Source: Candidatus Pacearchaeota archaeon
Lineage (GTDB): Archaea; Nanobdellota; Nanobdellia; UBA10117; JAFCGI01
Assembly (NCBI GenBank): GCA_017608235.1
Contig: JAFCGI010000005.1
Coordinates: forward strand, 46,930 to 110,929
Direction: 5' to 3'
Length of the DNA: 64,000 bases
Shown here piece by piece: positions 19,321-28,662 of the stretch; within the stretch, counting starts at the first letter, position 1; every line of letters starts with the position of its first letter. The position numbers were made by a program, and so were the translations under genes. The notes beneath the pieces are model-generated. The model did not search any database, was not told where the DNA came from, and saw only the letters and a list, made by a program, of their open reading frames with translations.

Positions 19321-19484
19321 GCTGGGGTGTCCGAGAAGCAGTTTAGAAATATACTGTTCGGGAACGGTCAAAGGAGCAGGTTCCAGTTAGATTCTTTAAT
19401 TGGATGCTAAACTTAAGATCTCCTTGATTGGATAAGAAATCCTGTGGCTTAGTGCCTTCGCAGGTTCGAACCCTGTCCCCAGCA
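19321..19484 (+). tRNA. Class II tRNA with a long variable arm, most like tRNA-Ser. The precursor is about 164 nt with an intron in the D-loop and another in the anticodon region; the exact anticodon was not resolved by eye
   Basis: Acceptor GCTGGGG/CCCCAGC+A. D-loop pieces GAG...CGGTCAAAG and T-arm GCAGG-TTCGAAC-CCTGT resemble archaeal tRNA-Ser. Variable arm GGCTTAGTGCCTTC. An internal GCT lies in a loop (ATGCTAA). Confidence 0.5.
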
Positions 19485-19577
19485 TATCTTATTTTAGCAT
19501 ATCCTGTATAACGCCAGCCAATTTATTATCCAAATATTTATATATAATTAATTATAGCTAATTATAGGTGATATATA

Positions 19578-19805
19578 ATGTCTAACATGACTACAATTCA
19601 ATTAGATAAGCGACTTGTAAAATCTTTAAAAGATATAAGAGAGTATCCTAAGCAAACATATAATGAATTGATAACACATATGGCTAAATTGTTTAAAGCT
19701 GTGAAAAAAAAGAACCAATATGATGAGTTTTTACATAAAATACAACAAGCTAAAATGAAAGAAATCTGGGATAACAAAGAAGATGAGGCTTGGGAAAATG
19801 CTTAA
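19578..19805 (+). CDS. Putative antitoxin (archaeal VapB/DUF104-like)
   Basis: MTTIQLDKRLVKSLKDIREYPKQTYNELI resembles the archaeal small antitoxin family. Overlaps the start of the downstream toxin gene. Confidence 0.45.
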   Translation: MSNMTTIQLDKRLVKSLKDIREYPKQTYNELITHMAKLFKAVKKKNQYDEFLHKIQQAKMKEIWDNKEDEAWENA

Positions 19806-20112
19806 AGCTGGAGATGTAGTTCTTACTAGAGTTCAGTTCACAGATACTTTTGAAATTAAGACACGGCCAGCACTTGTCTTATTTGAAGAATTCGATAATA
19901 TAATTGTTGCAGGTATAACAAGTAATCTTAAGATGGAAGGTATAACTCTATCAAAAAAGGAAGGCGCTATAAAAGATAGCATTATCAAATTAAATTATAT
20001 ATTTACAGTATCTAAAGCTATGATTTCTAAAACTTTATTTCATTTAAGTAAAAAAAAGAAACATAAAGTTTTTGAAGAGCTAATAAATAGGTTAAGTAAT
20101 TTAGAATCATAA
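19783..20112 (+). CDS. MazF/PemK-family toxin (endoribonuclease); true start probably the Met at 19798
   Basis: GDVVLTRVQFTDTFEIKTRPALVL...NIIVAGITSN matches the PemK/MazF core. Confidence 0.6.
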   Translation: MRLGKMLKAGDVVLTRVQFTDTFEIKTRPALVLFEEFDNIIVAGITSNLKMEGITLSKKEGAIKDSIIKLNYIFTVSKAMISKTLFHLSKKKKHKVFEELINRLSNLES

Positions 20113-21150
20113 TCAAAATCATATTTTCCAGGATAAGGATCAATGAATTTGTCCTTTATTAGATTCCCATCTTTATCATAATGACCAATATATAATCTCT
20201 CTAAACTATTAGTATTTGTTGCATCAGAACCAACTATCCAAAAAGAATCATCTGGCATTACTACCATATTTTTGCCTGTAATTTCACTTAAATAATAAGT
20301 TCCATATAGAAATTTTGCCCAAAGCTTATTGGCTGTTGAATCATACTTAGCTAAATACATATCTGTAAAATAATGGCCACTATATCCAGAGCCTGCAAGT
20401 ATAACATTGTCTTGAGAGTCTACTCCAATGCTATATGCTCTATCATAATATATAGTTCCATGTACTATTGTATTAATTCTTTGTAGACCTTTATTATATA
20501 TTATTGCAATCATATCATCTCTACCTTTTCCACCATACCCTTTTCCACCTACTATAATATTCTCTTGAGAATTAAAATCTACAGAATATGCTATATCTAC
20601 TCTGATGTTCTGAAAGTATCAGTTGCTACTGCAATAGCTGGATTTTCCATTGTGGTTGACCAGCGTGAGGTAGTGGAAGATAATGGATTACCATAATACA
20701 TATACAAAGATAACTCTTGTACTGGAAGATCTGTTTTAACCCATACTTTTGCTGAAATTCCTGCAACATAACTTTCAATCCAATAAGAAAGTTCTGTTTC
20801 GCCGTCTTCCATAGTAAATCTTAAATCTGAGAAATCTTGCTTCATATCAGGTACATAAGTTATATTTAGTAAAATTTGATAATCTGATAATGGTAATTGT
20901 TCTAAATTTGTAATATTAATTTGTTTACGATATTTCCAAGCAGGATAAGCCAGCCTGTGAGTTTGTTACAATCATTTAGAACTCCATCACAAATTTCTGA
21001 AGCACCTGGATAAACATTTGCATTGTATCATCACAATCAGTTTCCACATAGAAACCATCGTTATCTTCATCAATACAATTTGCAGTACTTACTGCAAAGC
21101 CAGTTATGATAACTAGCACAAAAATTGCGGCCAAAGCTATTTTTTTTCAT
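20040..21150 (-). pseudogene. Disrupted gene for a secreted surface protein (signal peptide, Cys-rich DxDxDG/DNDC metal-binding-like motif, DUF2341, SBBP beta-propeller repeats), broken by at least three frameshifts, one of them in an A8 homopolymer at the start
   Basis: With A7 instead of A8 after the ATG the N-terminus reads MKKIALAAIFVLVIITGFAVSTANCIDEDNDGFYVETDCDD. ORF fragments 20597..20845 (LRFTMEDG..YYGNP, DUF2341-like) and 20040..20513 (SBBP-like repeats) lie in different frames. Confidence 0.5.
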
Positions 21151-21426
21151 CAGCAACTCCTTGATATAATAAATATAATATTAATAATAATTTTCTTTAA
21201 TATATAACTTGCATTATTTAAGCAAGTTAGAAAAATTTTGTCATAACTCAATTTTGTCTAAGCTACAAAAATATGCAAGATGCATATGTATATATTATTA
21301 TACAATAACTAATGCTGTCTATAGAATATAATGTTGCTGAATAAATATGCTATCTATATAGGCTATAATGCTGCTGAATAAATAGATTTTTATAGAAGAA
21401 ATACAAAAAATAAATGGAGGGAGAAT

Positions 21427-22170
21427 ATGAAAAAAAGTATAATTTATTTTTTTATACTCATAATGCTTGTATTAATTCCTTGTACTATAGCAGAAGATAA
21501 TGCTAATTCTAATCCTACTAATGGTAATGGTCAAGGACAGATAGTTAGCATACAGCAAGTAAGTACAGATGTAAATAATTCTAATGAGTTAACAATTTCT
21601 AATGAGTTAATAAATTCTAATAGATTAATAGATGCCATCCAAAACAGAACTAAATTACAGATAAAAAATGGAGCTAAACAACTCATTAAGGAACAAATAA
21701 AAGCAAGAAATGTTTCAGAACTTAAAAAAATTATAAAAGAAAAACAATCAAAATTAGGAAATATTTCAAGAAATCAAAATAGAATTAGATTAGCAGTGCA
21801 TGCTTTATTAGCTATGGAAAATATAACTGGTGGCATAGGACCTCAAGTTTCAGAAATAGCTAGAGAGTTTAATAACTCTATGCAAGCCACAATAAAAAGT
21901 GAAGAAAAAATTCAAGCAAGAAACCAAATAGTAAGATTCTTTGCTGGTGGAGATTATAAAGCAGCTCAAGAAATAGAACAAGAAATTAATCAAAGCAGAG
22001 TAAAAGTTCAGGAATTAAAAAGACTTAGAGAAGAATGTAATTGTACTGACGAAGTAAAAGCTATGATGCAAGAACAAATTCAAAATATGGAACAAGAACA
22101 ATCTCGCTTAAGTGAGTTAGCTGAACAAGAGAAACAAAACAAAGGATTATTTGGCTGGCTTTGGAAATAA
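21427..22170 (+). CDS. Hypothetical secreted coiled-coil protein
   Basis: N-terminal signal/TM segment IIYFFILIMLVLIPC, then a Q/E/K-rich helical region. Confidence 0.45.
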   Translation: MKKSIIYFFILIMLVLIPCTIAEDNANSNPTNGNGQGQIVSIQQVSTDVNNSNELTISNELINSNRLIDAIQNRTKLQIKNGAKQLIKEQIKARNVSELKKIIKEKQSKLGNISRNQNRIRLAVHALLAMENITGGIGPQVSEIAREFNNSMQATIKSEEKIQARNQIVRFFAGGDYKAAQEIEQEINQSRVKVQELKRLREECNCTDEVKAMMQEQIQNMEQEQSRLSELAEQEKQNKGLFGWLWK

Positions 22171-22202
22171 TTAATACTATCATAAATAGTTAGAAAAAAT
22201 AA

Positions 22203-23096
22203 ATGGTTAGAAAGAAAAGGAGAAAACCTAGTAAGCTTGAATATAGATTAGCAATTATATGTTCTGGAATTTTAATTGGTTTGATTGGAATTTTAGTTAA
22301 GATGATTGGAGATAAAATTCCAATTACTAGTTTGAATTTTTTTAGAATGTTATTTGCATTGATCTTTGCGGCAGCAGTCGTGCCTTTTATTGATAAAAAT
22401 GTTTTCAAGCCTAGTAAACAAGATTTGAAAGATTATGCAGTTGTTGGTTTTTTAATGGCATCTGCATTTTCATTATATGCATTAGCACTACTTAATGCTC
22501 CAGTTGCAAATGTTGCTTTGATCACTTCTGGATATATTGTATTAGTACCAATATTTGCTCTTTTTATTCTCAAAGAAAAAATTCAAAAAAATGTTGCAAT
22601 TGCTATCCCTGTGGCTTTACTTGGTGTATGGATATTAAATCCATTTACAACAACTTATGCTAAAGGAAATATAATTGCATTTATTCAATCTGCAATATTT
22701 GCATTATTTATTATTTATTTAAGACGTGAGGAGAAAACAGAAACGCTGGGATCTGTATTTTGGTTTTTCTTTTTTGCAACTATATTCTTAAGTCCAGGAC
22801 TTTTAGTATATGGAATTGGAGATCTGATTAGTGTATTGCCATTAATATTAATCTTGGGAATATTATCTACTGGATTAGCATATTTATTATTAGCTCATGG
22901 GCTAGAGGGAGTTAGTGCAAATACTGGAGCAATACTTACATTAGTAACATTTCCATTATCATCTATAATATTTGCATATTTATTTATTAATGAGTCTGCT
23001 TCAATTAATACCTTAATTGGGGGTAGTTTATTGGTAGTTGCAAGTTTTATTACATTAGTAGAATTTAAACATAAGAAGCATTTTTTACTTCATTAA
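22203..23096 (+). CDS. EamA/DMT-family transporter
   Basis: About 10 TM helices, two EamA-like halves, 297 aa. Confidence 0.7.
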   Translation: MVRKKRRKPSKLEYRLAIICSGILIGLIGILVKMIGDKIPITSLNFFRMLFALIFAAAVVPFIDKNVFKPSKQDLKDYAVVGFLMASAFSLYALALLNAPVANVALITSGYIVLVPIFALFILKEKIQKNVAIAIPVALLGVWILNPFTTTYAKGNIIAFIQSAIFALFIIYLRREEKTETLGSVFWFFFFATIFLSPGLLVYGIGDLISVLPLILILGILSTGLAYLLLAHGLEGVSANTGAILTLVTFPLSSIIFAYLFINESASINTLIGGSLLVVASFITLVEFKHKKHFLLH

Positions 23097-23176
23097 AAAT
23101 TTATGAAAAAGTATTTAAATTATTAAATGGTATAATATATTATAAAAAAAATTATAATTAAGGAGGAGGAAAGAAA

Positions 23177-23395
23177 ATGGCCATTTTAAGAAAAAAAGCA
23201 AAGAGGAAGACTACAAGAAAGACAACGAAAAAGAAACCTGTTAAAAAGAAGAAAGTTATTAGAAAGAAGAAAGTAGTACGAAAGAAAAAACCTGTGAAGA
23301 GAAAAGTCGTACGAAAGAAAAAAGTTGTTAAAAAGAAGAAACCTATAAAGAAAAAAGCAACTAGAAGAAAAGTAGTCCGAAGGAAAAAAAAGTAA
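23177..23395 (+). CDS. Extremely basic lysine/arginine-rich 72-aa protein (histone H1 tail-like KKKxVxRKK repeats); putative nucleic-acid-binding protein
   Basis: Strong Shine-Dalgarno AGGAGGAGG 7 nt upstream of the ATG. Sequence is KKKPVKKKKVIRKKKVVRKKKPVKRKVVRKKKVV... built from internal nucleotide repeats. Confidence 0.5.
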   Translation: MAILRKKAKRKTTRKTTKKKPVKKKKVIRKKKVVRKKKPVKRKVVRKKKVVKKKKPIKKKATRRKVVRRKKK

Positions 23396-23476
23396 ATTCC
23401 TATTTCTTAACAATTTTTATTTTTAATTTTCTCATTCTTCAAAAATTATTTAAAGGCAATTAGTAGTTTATTTCTT

Positions 23477-23902
23477 ATGGTAGAGAAGCCAAAATCAATG
23501 TCAGAACTAACCTATTATACATTTAGATCCCTTAAGGGTAAGAAAGATGGTAAAGCTAAGGTTTGGGTATTCAAAGCAACCTGCTCAAAATGTAAAAAAG
23601 GAAAAATGAGTAAGCCTGTAGATCCTAAAACTGGAAAGCCTAAGACACGAGCAAAAGAATTAGTTTGTGAGAACTGTGGATTTACTGAAGATAAAAATAT
23701 AATTGAAGATCAGCTAATAGCAGGAATAGAATATACTTGTCCTGAGTGTGGCCATCAAGCAGAAAAGGAAGTTCCATTCAAGAGAAAGAAAGTTCAACTT
23801 CTTGATCCTAAGACTGGAAAGAAAAAATCAGCTGATGCACTTGTATTTGAATGTGATAATTGTGGATTTTCAATTAAAATCACAAAGAAGATGAAGCAAT
23901 AA
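23477..23902 (+). CDS. Double zinc-ribbon protein (two CxxC..CxxC units)
   Basis: CSKCKK...CENCGF and CPECGH...CDNCGF. Confidence 0.5.
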   Translation: MVEKPKSMSELTYYTFRSLKGKKDGKAKVWVFKATCSKCKKGKMSKPVDPKTGKPKTRAKELVCENCGFTEDKNIIEDQLIAGIEYTCPECGHQAEKEVPFKRKKVQLLDPKTGKKKSADALVFECDNCGFSIKITKKMKQ

Positions 23903-23936
23903 ATAATATTTTACTTATTTTTTGCTTATTACTTTT

Positions 23937-24008
23937 GCCTCGGTGGCTTAGTGGTATAGCGTTCGCTTGGTAAGCGAAAGGTCGCGAGTTCAATTCTCGC
24001 CCGGGGCT
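23937..24008 (+). tRNA. tRNA-Thr (anticodon GGT)
   Basis: Acceptor GCCTCGG/CCGGGGC; D-arm GCTTAGTGGTATAGC; anticodon loop TTGGTAA; T-arm GCGAG-TTCAATT-CTCGC. Confidence 0.8.
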
Positions 24009-24205
24009 TAATAGATAAACAAAGATATTAAATACCTCTAATGTATGGTGGAATATATGGGTCAAAAACCAAATCAAAGACGAAAAAGCAATCAAGCTAA
24101 GAAAAACAAAAGAGCAAAAAAAAGAAAGAGTAAAAAGTAATTGATATACTTAGACTGCTTTGCTATCTCGAGGCTTTTTTATATCTATAGTTTTTTCTGA
24201 TTTTT

Positions 24206-24856
24206 ATGAAAGTAGTATTTATTATTCCTACACTTAATGAAGATAAAGGGATAGCCAAAGTTATAGATCATTGTAGGTCCCTAAATATTAGAAACTCCTC
24301 TATCTTAGTAGTAGATGGTAATTCCAGTGACAGAACTGTGAATATTGCTAGACAGAAAAACGCAAGAGTCTTAATTCAGAAAGGTAGAGGAAAAGGGGCA
24401 GGATTAAGGCAAGCAGTAAATAGTCTTAAAGATCAAGATATAGTAGTTATGGTTGATGCAGATGGAACTTATTCTTTAGATAATGTTAGCAAAATGATTA
24501 GCTTTGTTGAGGAAAATAATTTGGTTCTTGGTAATAGGATTTTTGATAAAAACTCTATAACTTTACTGAATAGGTTTGGTAATTGTATATTTAATTTGCT
24601 GGCAACGATATTATATAAAAAACAAATCCATGATTTGTTAACTGGATTAAGAGTTTTTAAAGCAAAGACTTTCAAATCATTAAAATTAGAGTCTAATGGT
24701 TTTGATATTGAGGCAGAGATGACTTTGAAAGCTTTAAAGCAAGGAGTAAAAATAATAGAGGTTCCTTGCAAATATAAAAAAAGATTAGGCGAGACAAAGC
24801 TTAACCCTCTGAAAGATGGGTTTCTTATACTTAAAAGATTATTAAGTATATTATAA
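24206..24856 (+). CDS. Family 2 glycosyltransferase (dolichyl-phosphate mannose/glucose synthase-like)
   Basis: IIPTLNE, VVDGNSSDRT and VVMVDADGT are the GT2 DxD-fold signature motifs. Confidence 0.75.
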   Translation: MKVVFIIPTLNEDKGIAKVIDHCRSLNIRNSSILVVDGNSSDRTVNIARQKNARVLIQKGRGKGAGLRQAVNSLKDQDIVVMVDADGTYSLDNVSKMISFVEENNLVLGNRIFDKNSITLLNRFGNCIFNLLATILYKKQIHDLLTGLRVFKAKTFKSLKLESNGFDIEAEMTLKALKQGVKIIEVPCKYKKRLGETKLNPLKDGFLILKRLLSIL

Positions 24857-24964
24857 TTTAAATATATACTATAATAAAATATTATAATAAAATATTGATT
24901 AGCTATAATAAATTAATAAATAATAAAGTAAATATTATATAATATATGTAAATAATCTAATTAT

Positions 24965-25453
24965 GTGATAGAAATGGAAGAAGATAAATTAGCTAAAATA
25001 AAAAAGAATTATGAGGTCGCTAAGAAAAAATATGATTTGCCTGATTTTGAGGCAATAGACAAAGAGTTTTATATTAGAAAAACTAACCCAGAGGGATTTA
25101 TTATTTTAGAAGTTGTTTATGCTATTTCAAACAAACTCAGAAATATGATTGGTGATATTGATCCTGCTCTTAGTCCAAATCCAGGAAACCTTCATATGAT
25201 GGTAGAAATGAATGCCTTTGGCAAAGAAGAAAAGGCAGGCGCGTTTGCTTTCTATAAAAAATTAGGATATCAGTTTCATAAAGCATTAGCATCTGAATTA
25301 ATACCTGAAGAAGAACAAGTAAAATTTATAAAAGAGTTTTGGAAAGATTGGGGATCTTTAAAAAAACAATATCTGAAATATATGGATAAGATAATTGCAG
25401 AATGGGGCAAAGAAGAGGAAAAGAAATCTGATAGTACAGAATATTTAGGTTAG
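24965..25453 (+). CDS. Hypothetical protein (162 aa)
   Basis: ORF with its stop overlapping the adk start (ATGA-type coupling); no motif recognised. Confidence 0.4.
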   Translation: MIEMEEDKLAKIKKNYEVAKKKYDLPDFEAIDKEFYIRKTNPEGFIILEVVYAISNKLRNMIGDIDPALSPNPGNLHMMVEMNAFGKEEKAGAFAFYKKLGYQFHKALASELIPEEEQVKFIKEFWKDWGSLKKQYLKYMDKIIAEWGKEEEKKSDSTEYLG

Positions 25454-25454
25454 A

Positions 25455-26105
25455 ATGAAAATAATTCTTTTTGGTCCTCAAGGTGCAGGAAAAGGTACTT
25501 ATGCAAGGATGCTTGTAAAAGAGTTTAATTTAGAATATATAGAATCTGGGAGATTACTAAGAGAGATCAAAGAGCAAAATACTATTTTGGGAAAAAAGGT
25601 AAAATCTTTGGTAGATAAAGGCCAGCTAGTTCCTGATGAGTTAATTGGAGATATTATTAGATCTAAATTTCATGAATTAGAGAACAAAGATTTTGTGTTA
25701 GATGGATTTCCCAGAAATTTAACTCAGGCAAAGATTCTTGATTCTATATTAGCTGAAAAACACACTAAAGTTGATCATGTTATAGAAATTACCTTACCTG
25801 AAGAAGAGACAATTAGAAGACTTACTGCAAGACGGACATGTAGTAATTGTGGACAGATCTATAATCTTTTAATTAAAAATCTTACTCCAAAAAAAGAAGA
25901 AATTTGTGATATATGTGGTAAAAAATTGCAAATAAGAAAAGACGATAATCCAGACGCTATAAAAAAGCGCTTGGAAATATATCATAAAGAAACTGAACCA
26001 ATTTCTAAATACTATGAAGAACAAGGAATTTTGAATATTGTGGATGGAGTAGGATTAGTGGATGAAGTCTTTAATAGGATTCTAAAAATCATTAAAGCTG
26101 AATAA
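25455..26105 (+). CDS. adk: Adenylate kinase, long form with a zinc-binding LID
   Basis: P-loop GPQGAGKGT; LID cysteines CSNCGQ...CDICGK. Confidence 0.85.
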   Translation: MKIILFGPQGAGKGTYARMLVKEFNLEYIESGRLLREIKEQNTILGKKVKSLVDKGQLVPDELIGDIIRSKFHELENKDFVLDGFPRNLTQAKILDSILAEKHTKVDHVIEITLPEEETIRRLTARRTCSNCGQIYNLLIKNLTPKKEEICDICGKKLQIRKDDNPDAIKKRLEIYHKETEPISKYYEEQGILNIVDGVGLVDEVFNRILKIIKAE

Positions 26106-26152
26106 AAAATCACAAAGTTTAAAATAAGTAAAGTTTTCAAATTGCTAGTAAA

Positions 26153-27607
26153 ATGAATGGCCAAAAAAATTTTTTATGCCTGGTTAGCATAATTATATTT
26201 GGAATTTTTTCTCTAAATTTAGTTTCCATGCCAGTAGAGGCTGTTCAAGATATTATTTTAGACCATACTGTAATTGATAATGATATTTATTCAAATGAAA
26301 GTGCAAAATTTTCTATATTGCTTGAAAACAAACAAGATTCTATTGAACAAGTACAGATCTCTGTATCAGGAATTGCCTGGACTTTAAGTGCAGATTCTTT
26401 TGTATATGATTTGTCTCCTAGAGAATCTGTGGAATTTGATATTGAATTATTCCCACCAAAATCAGTTACTTTAGGATCTTATGCTTTGAAGTTGTTAGCT
26501 ACAACTGCAGATGGAGAAGTTACTGAAGAGATCATATTAGTAAATGTAAACAAAATAATTGAAGAACCAGTATTAAGTTTAGATTTAGATATTCCTGAAG
26601 AAGTTAGTCCTGGTGAAAAATTTAATGTGGTTATAGATGTAACAAACAATGGAAGAGATGCAGTACCTAATGTTGAAGCATATGTTAAATCTGAATTGTT
26701 TGATGAAGTAGGAATTGAAAGACTCGGAACTCTGGAATTAGGAACAACAGAGAATGCATTCAATATTGAAGTTGACATTCCTAAAGATAAAGAACCTAGA
26801 GATTATGATGTTGAAATTGGTGTAGCTCAAGGTTATGATATATTAATAAAAACTACAGAGCAAATCAAAGTATTGCCTGCTTCAGATATTGCAATCAGTG
26901 AAAATATTGAAAAAGGATTCCTAAAAAGGAGCTATGTTGTTACTTTAGTAAACCAAGGTAATACAATAGTAAAAGATGAATATATTGTTAATCTTAAATC
27001 TTTTGAGAATAATTTCTTTAAAGGGGAGCCAGCACCAGATAGAAAGGAACTTATTGATGGCAAAAGAGAAGTAGCTTGGATGTATAATTTAGCTCCTAAT
27101 GAGATACTTACCATTAGATATAGTATTTCTTATTGGCCATTGTTATTAATTATTTTATTGTTAGTAGGATCTTTTAGTGCAGTATTTTTCTATATTAACA
27201 CAAGCATTAGCATAGATAAGAGAATTTTATTTGCTGAAGAGAAAGGACTAAAATTTGTAAAAATACAGCTACATATTAAGAATAAAAGTGGAAGCAGGCT
27301 AAAAAATGTAAATTTAGTTGATACTATTCCTAGTCCTTTAAAACTTCTTAAGGAATTTGGAACCATAGTACCAGATGATGTACATAAAGAAGAAAGTAAA
27401 ACTAAACTAAGGTGGAAGTTTGAAGCCTTAGAATCTAATGAAGAGAGAGTTATATCTTATGGCATTAGATCTGGATTAAGCATAATTGGAAAAATAAATC
27501 TTCCAGAAGCAAAAATGAGATTCCAAAAGTCTGGAGTATGGAAAGCAACTAAATCTAATAAGCTTACTTTACAAGGTAAGACAGATGTTAATGTTGAAGA
27601 AGAGTAG
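26153..27607 (+). CDS. Cell-surface protein with N-terminal signal peptide, CARDB/DUF11-like beta domains and a C-terminal TM anchor
   Basis: N-terminal hydrophobic segment LCLVSIIIFGIFSLNLVS; NVVIDVTNNGRDAVPNVEAYV; TM segment LLLIILLLVGSFSAVFFYI near the C-terminus. Confidence 0.5.
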   Translation: MNGQKNFLCLVSIIIFGIFSLNLVSMPVEAVQDIILDHTVIDNDIYSNESAKFSILLENKQDSIEQVQISVSGIAWTLSADSFVYDLSPRESVEFDIELFPPKSVTLGSYALKLLATTADGEVTEEIILVNVNKIIEEPVLSLDLDIPEEVSPGEKFNVVIDVTNNGRDAVPNVEAYVKSELFDEVGIERLGTLELGTTENAFNIEVDIPKDKEPRDYDVEIGVAQGYDILIKTTEQIKVLPASDIAISENIEKGFLKRSYVVTLVNQGNTIVKDEYIVNLKSFENNFFKGEPAPDRKELIDGKREVAWMYNLAPNEILTIRYSISYWPLLLIILLLVGSFSAVFFYINTSISIDKRILFAEEKGLKFVKIQLHIKNKSGSRLKNVNLVDTIPSPLKLLKEFGTIVPDDVHKEESKTKLRWKFEALESNEERVISYGIRSGLSIIGKINLPEAKMRFQKSGVWKATKSNKLTLQGKTDVNVEEE

Positions 27608-27680
27608 TTTAGAATACTTTTATAGCTATTTTTAGGAGAACGTAACTTTTTTAAGGAGGTATTTAGGTGTTCTATATATT

Positions 27681-27784
27681 CCCGCCTTAGCTCAACCTGG
27701 CAGAGCGATCGGCTGTAGTTTGTTACTCGCTTAACGAAGCGAGCAGAACCCGATGTGTTCCTGGTTCAAATCCGGGAGGCGGGA
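27681..27784 (+). tRNA. tRNA-Tyr (anticodon GTA) with a canonical 29-nt intron after position 37
   Basis: Acceptor CCCGCCT/AGGCGGG, giving the C1:G72 pair characteristic of archaeal tRNA-Tyr. Anticodon stem ATCGG/CCGAT with loop CTGTAG|intron|A. T-arm CCTGG-TTCAAAT-CCGGG. Confidence 0.7.
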
Positions 27785-27978
27785 CTTTTTCTTAACTTAG
27801 AAGTTTAAGTACATTGTTACCTTAATTGGTCTTTTGAGAGTAGTGTTTGACCCGCATTATATGATTAAAATGGTCTCTAAATTTCTAAGAAAACCGATGT
27901 AAAACAAAAGGACAAATCGCTATGCTTAGACCAAGTTAGCACCGAAAAGCTTTTAAAGTTACTATTACAAAGTAAAAC

Positions 27979-28662
27979 ATGAACTTAAGAGAAGCTATAT
28001 CTCAAAAATTGAACTGCGTGTTCAATCGAATATTAGTACCTGGAAACGATAGCTCGTACTCTCTTGATATGCTTTTAGAAGGAATTCCTAAGTTAGAGAA
28101 TAGCAACTTCTTAGAAATAGGTTGCGGAGATAATCCGCTGTTCTCCGACGCATTTTATCACACGCTTTTTTATATGGGACTAAAGAAAGAAGATATTCTA
28201 AAGAAAATGACTTTGTCAGATAAGGAAAATCGGGTTAAAGACATGAATGGAAATAGACATTACGAACCCTCTTGGCCAAAAGAGTTTTCCGATAGATTTG
28301 TAATTGAAGATGCAACAAACTTAGATTTTGGTAACGGACAATTTAATATTGTCGCTGCAGGTCGGCTTTTAAATAATTTAGAGTTTGATGACGACAACGA
28401 TGAGGTTAGTCAAGTACTTGGAGAAATACACCGAATTCTAACTCCGCATGGTTATTTTGTTGGAGATATCCCTTTTTGTAGAGGTAAGCGAATACGAGAA
28501 ATACCTAGGGCGCTAAAAAGCGATATGGGTAAACTCAAAAATTACACAAAAGCAATTGAAGATGCGGGCTTTGAATTTGTAATAAGAGGACTCGGGCAAA
28601 ATAGTTGTATCTATAGAGAACCATTTATTAGAAGTTTATACTTCCAAGCTAAGAAGATTTAG
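27979..28662 (+). CDS. Class I SAM-dependent methyltransferase, cargo gene of the IS element
   Basis: Motif I FLEIGCGDNP. Local GC is noticeably higher than the flanking chromosome. Confidence 0.6.
   Translation: MNLREAISQKLNCVFNRILVPGNDSSYSLDMLLEGIPKLENSNFLEIGCGDNPLFSDAFYHTLFYMGLKKEDILKKMTLSDKENRVKDMNGNRHYEPSWPKEFSDRFVIEDATNLDFGNGQFNIVAAGRLLNNLEFDDDNDEVSQVLGEIHRILTPHGYFVGDIPFCRGKRIREIPRALKSDMGKLKNYTKAIEDAGFEFVIRGLGQNSCIYREPFIRSLYFQAKKI

Noticed and set aside
23186-23413. 75-aa minus-strand ORF opposite the lysine-rich gene
   Set aside because: Antisense translation of an A/G-rich repeat; the plus-strand gene has a strong SD. Same reasoning for 23880..24095, which overlaps tRNA-Thr.
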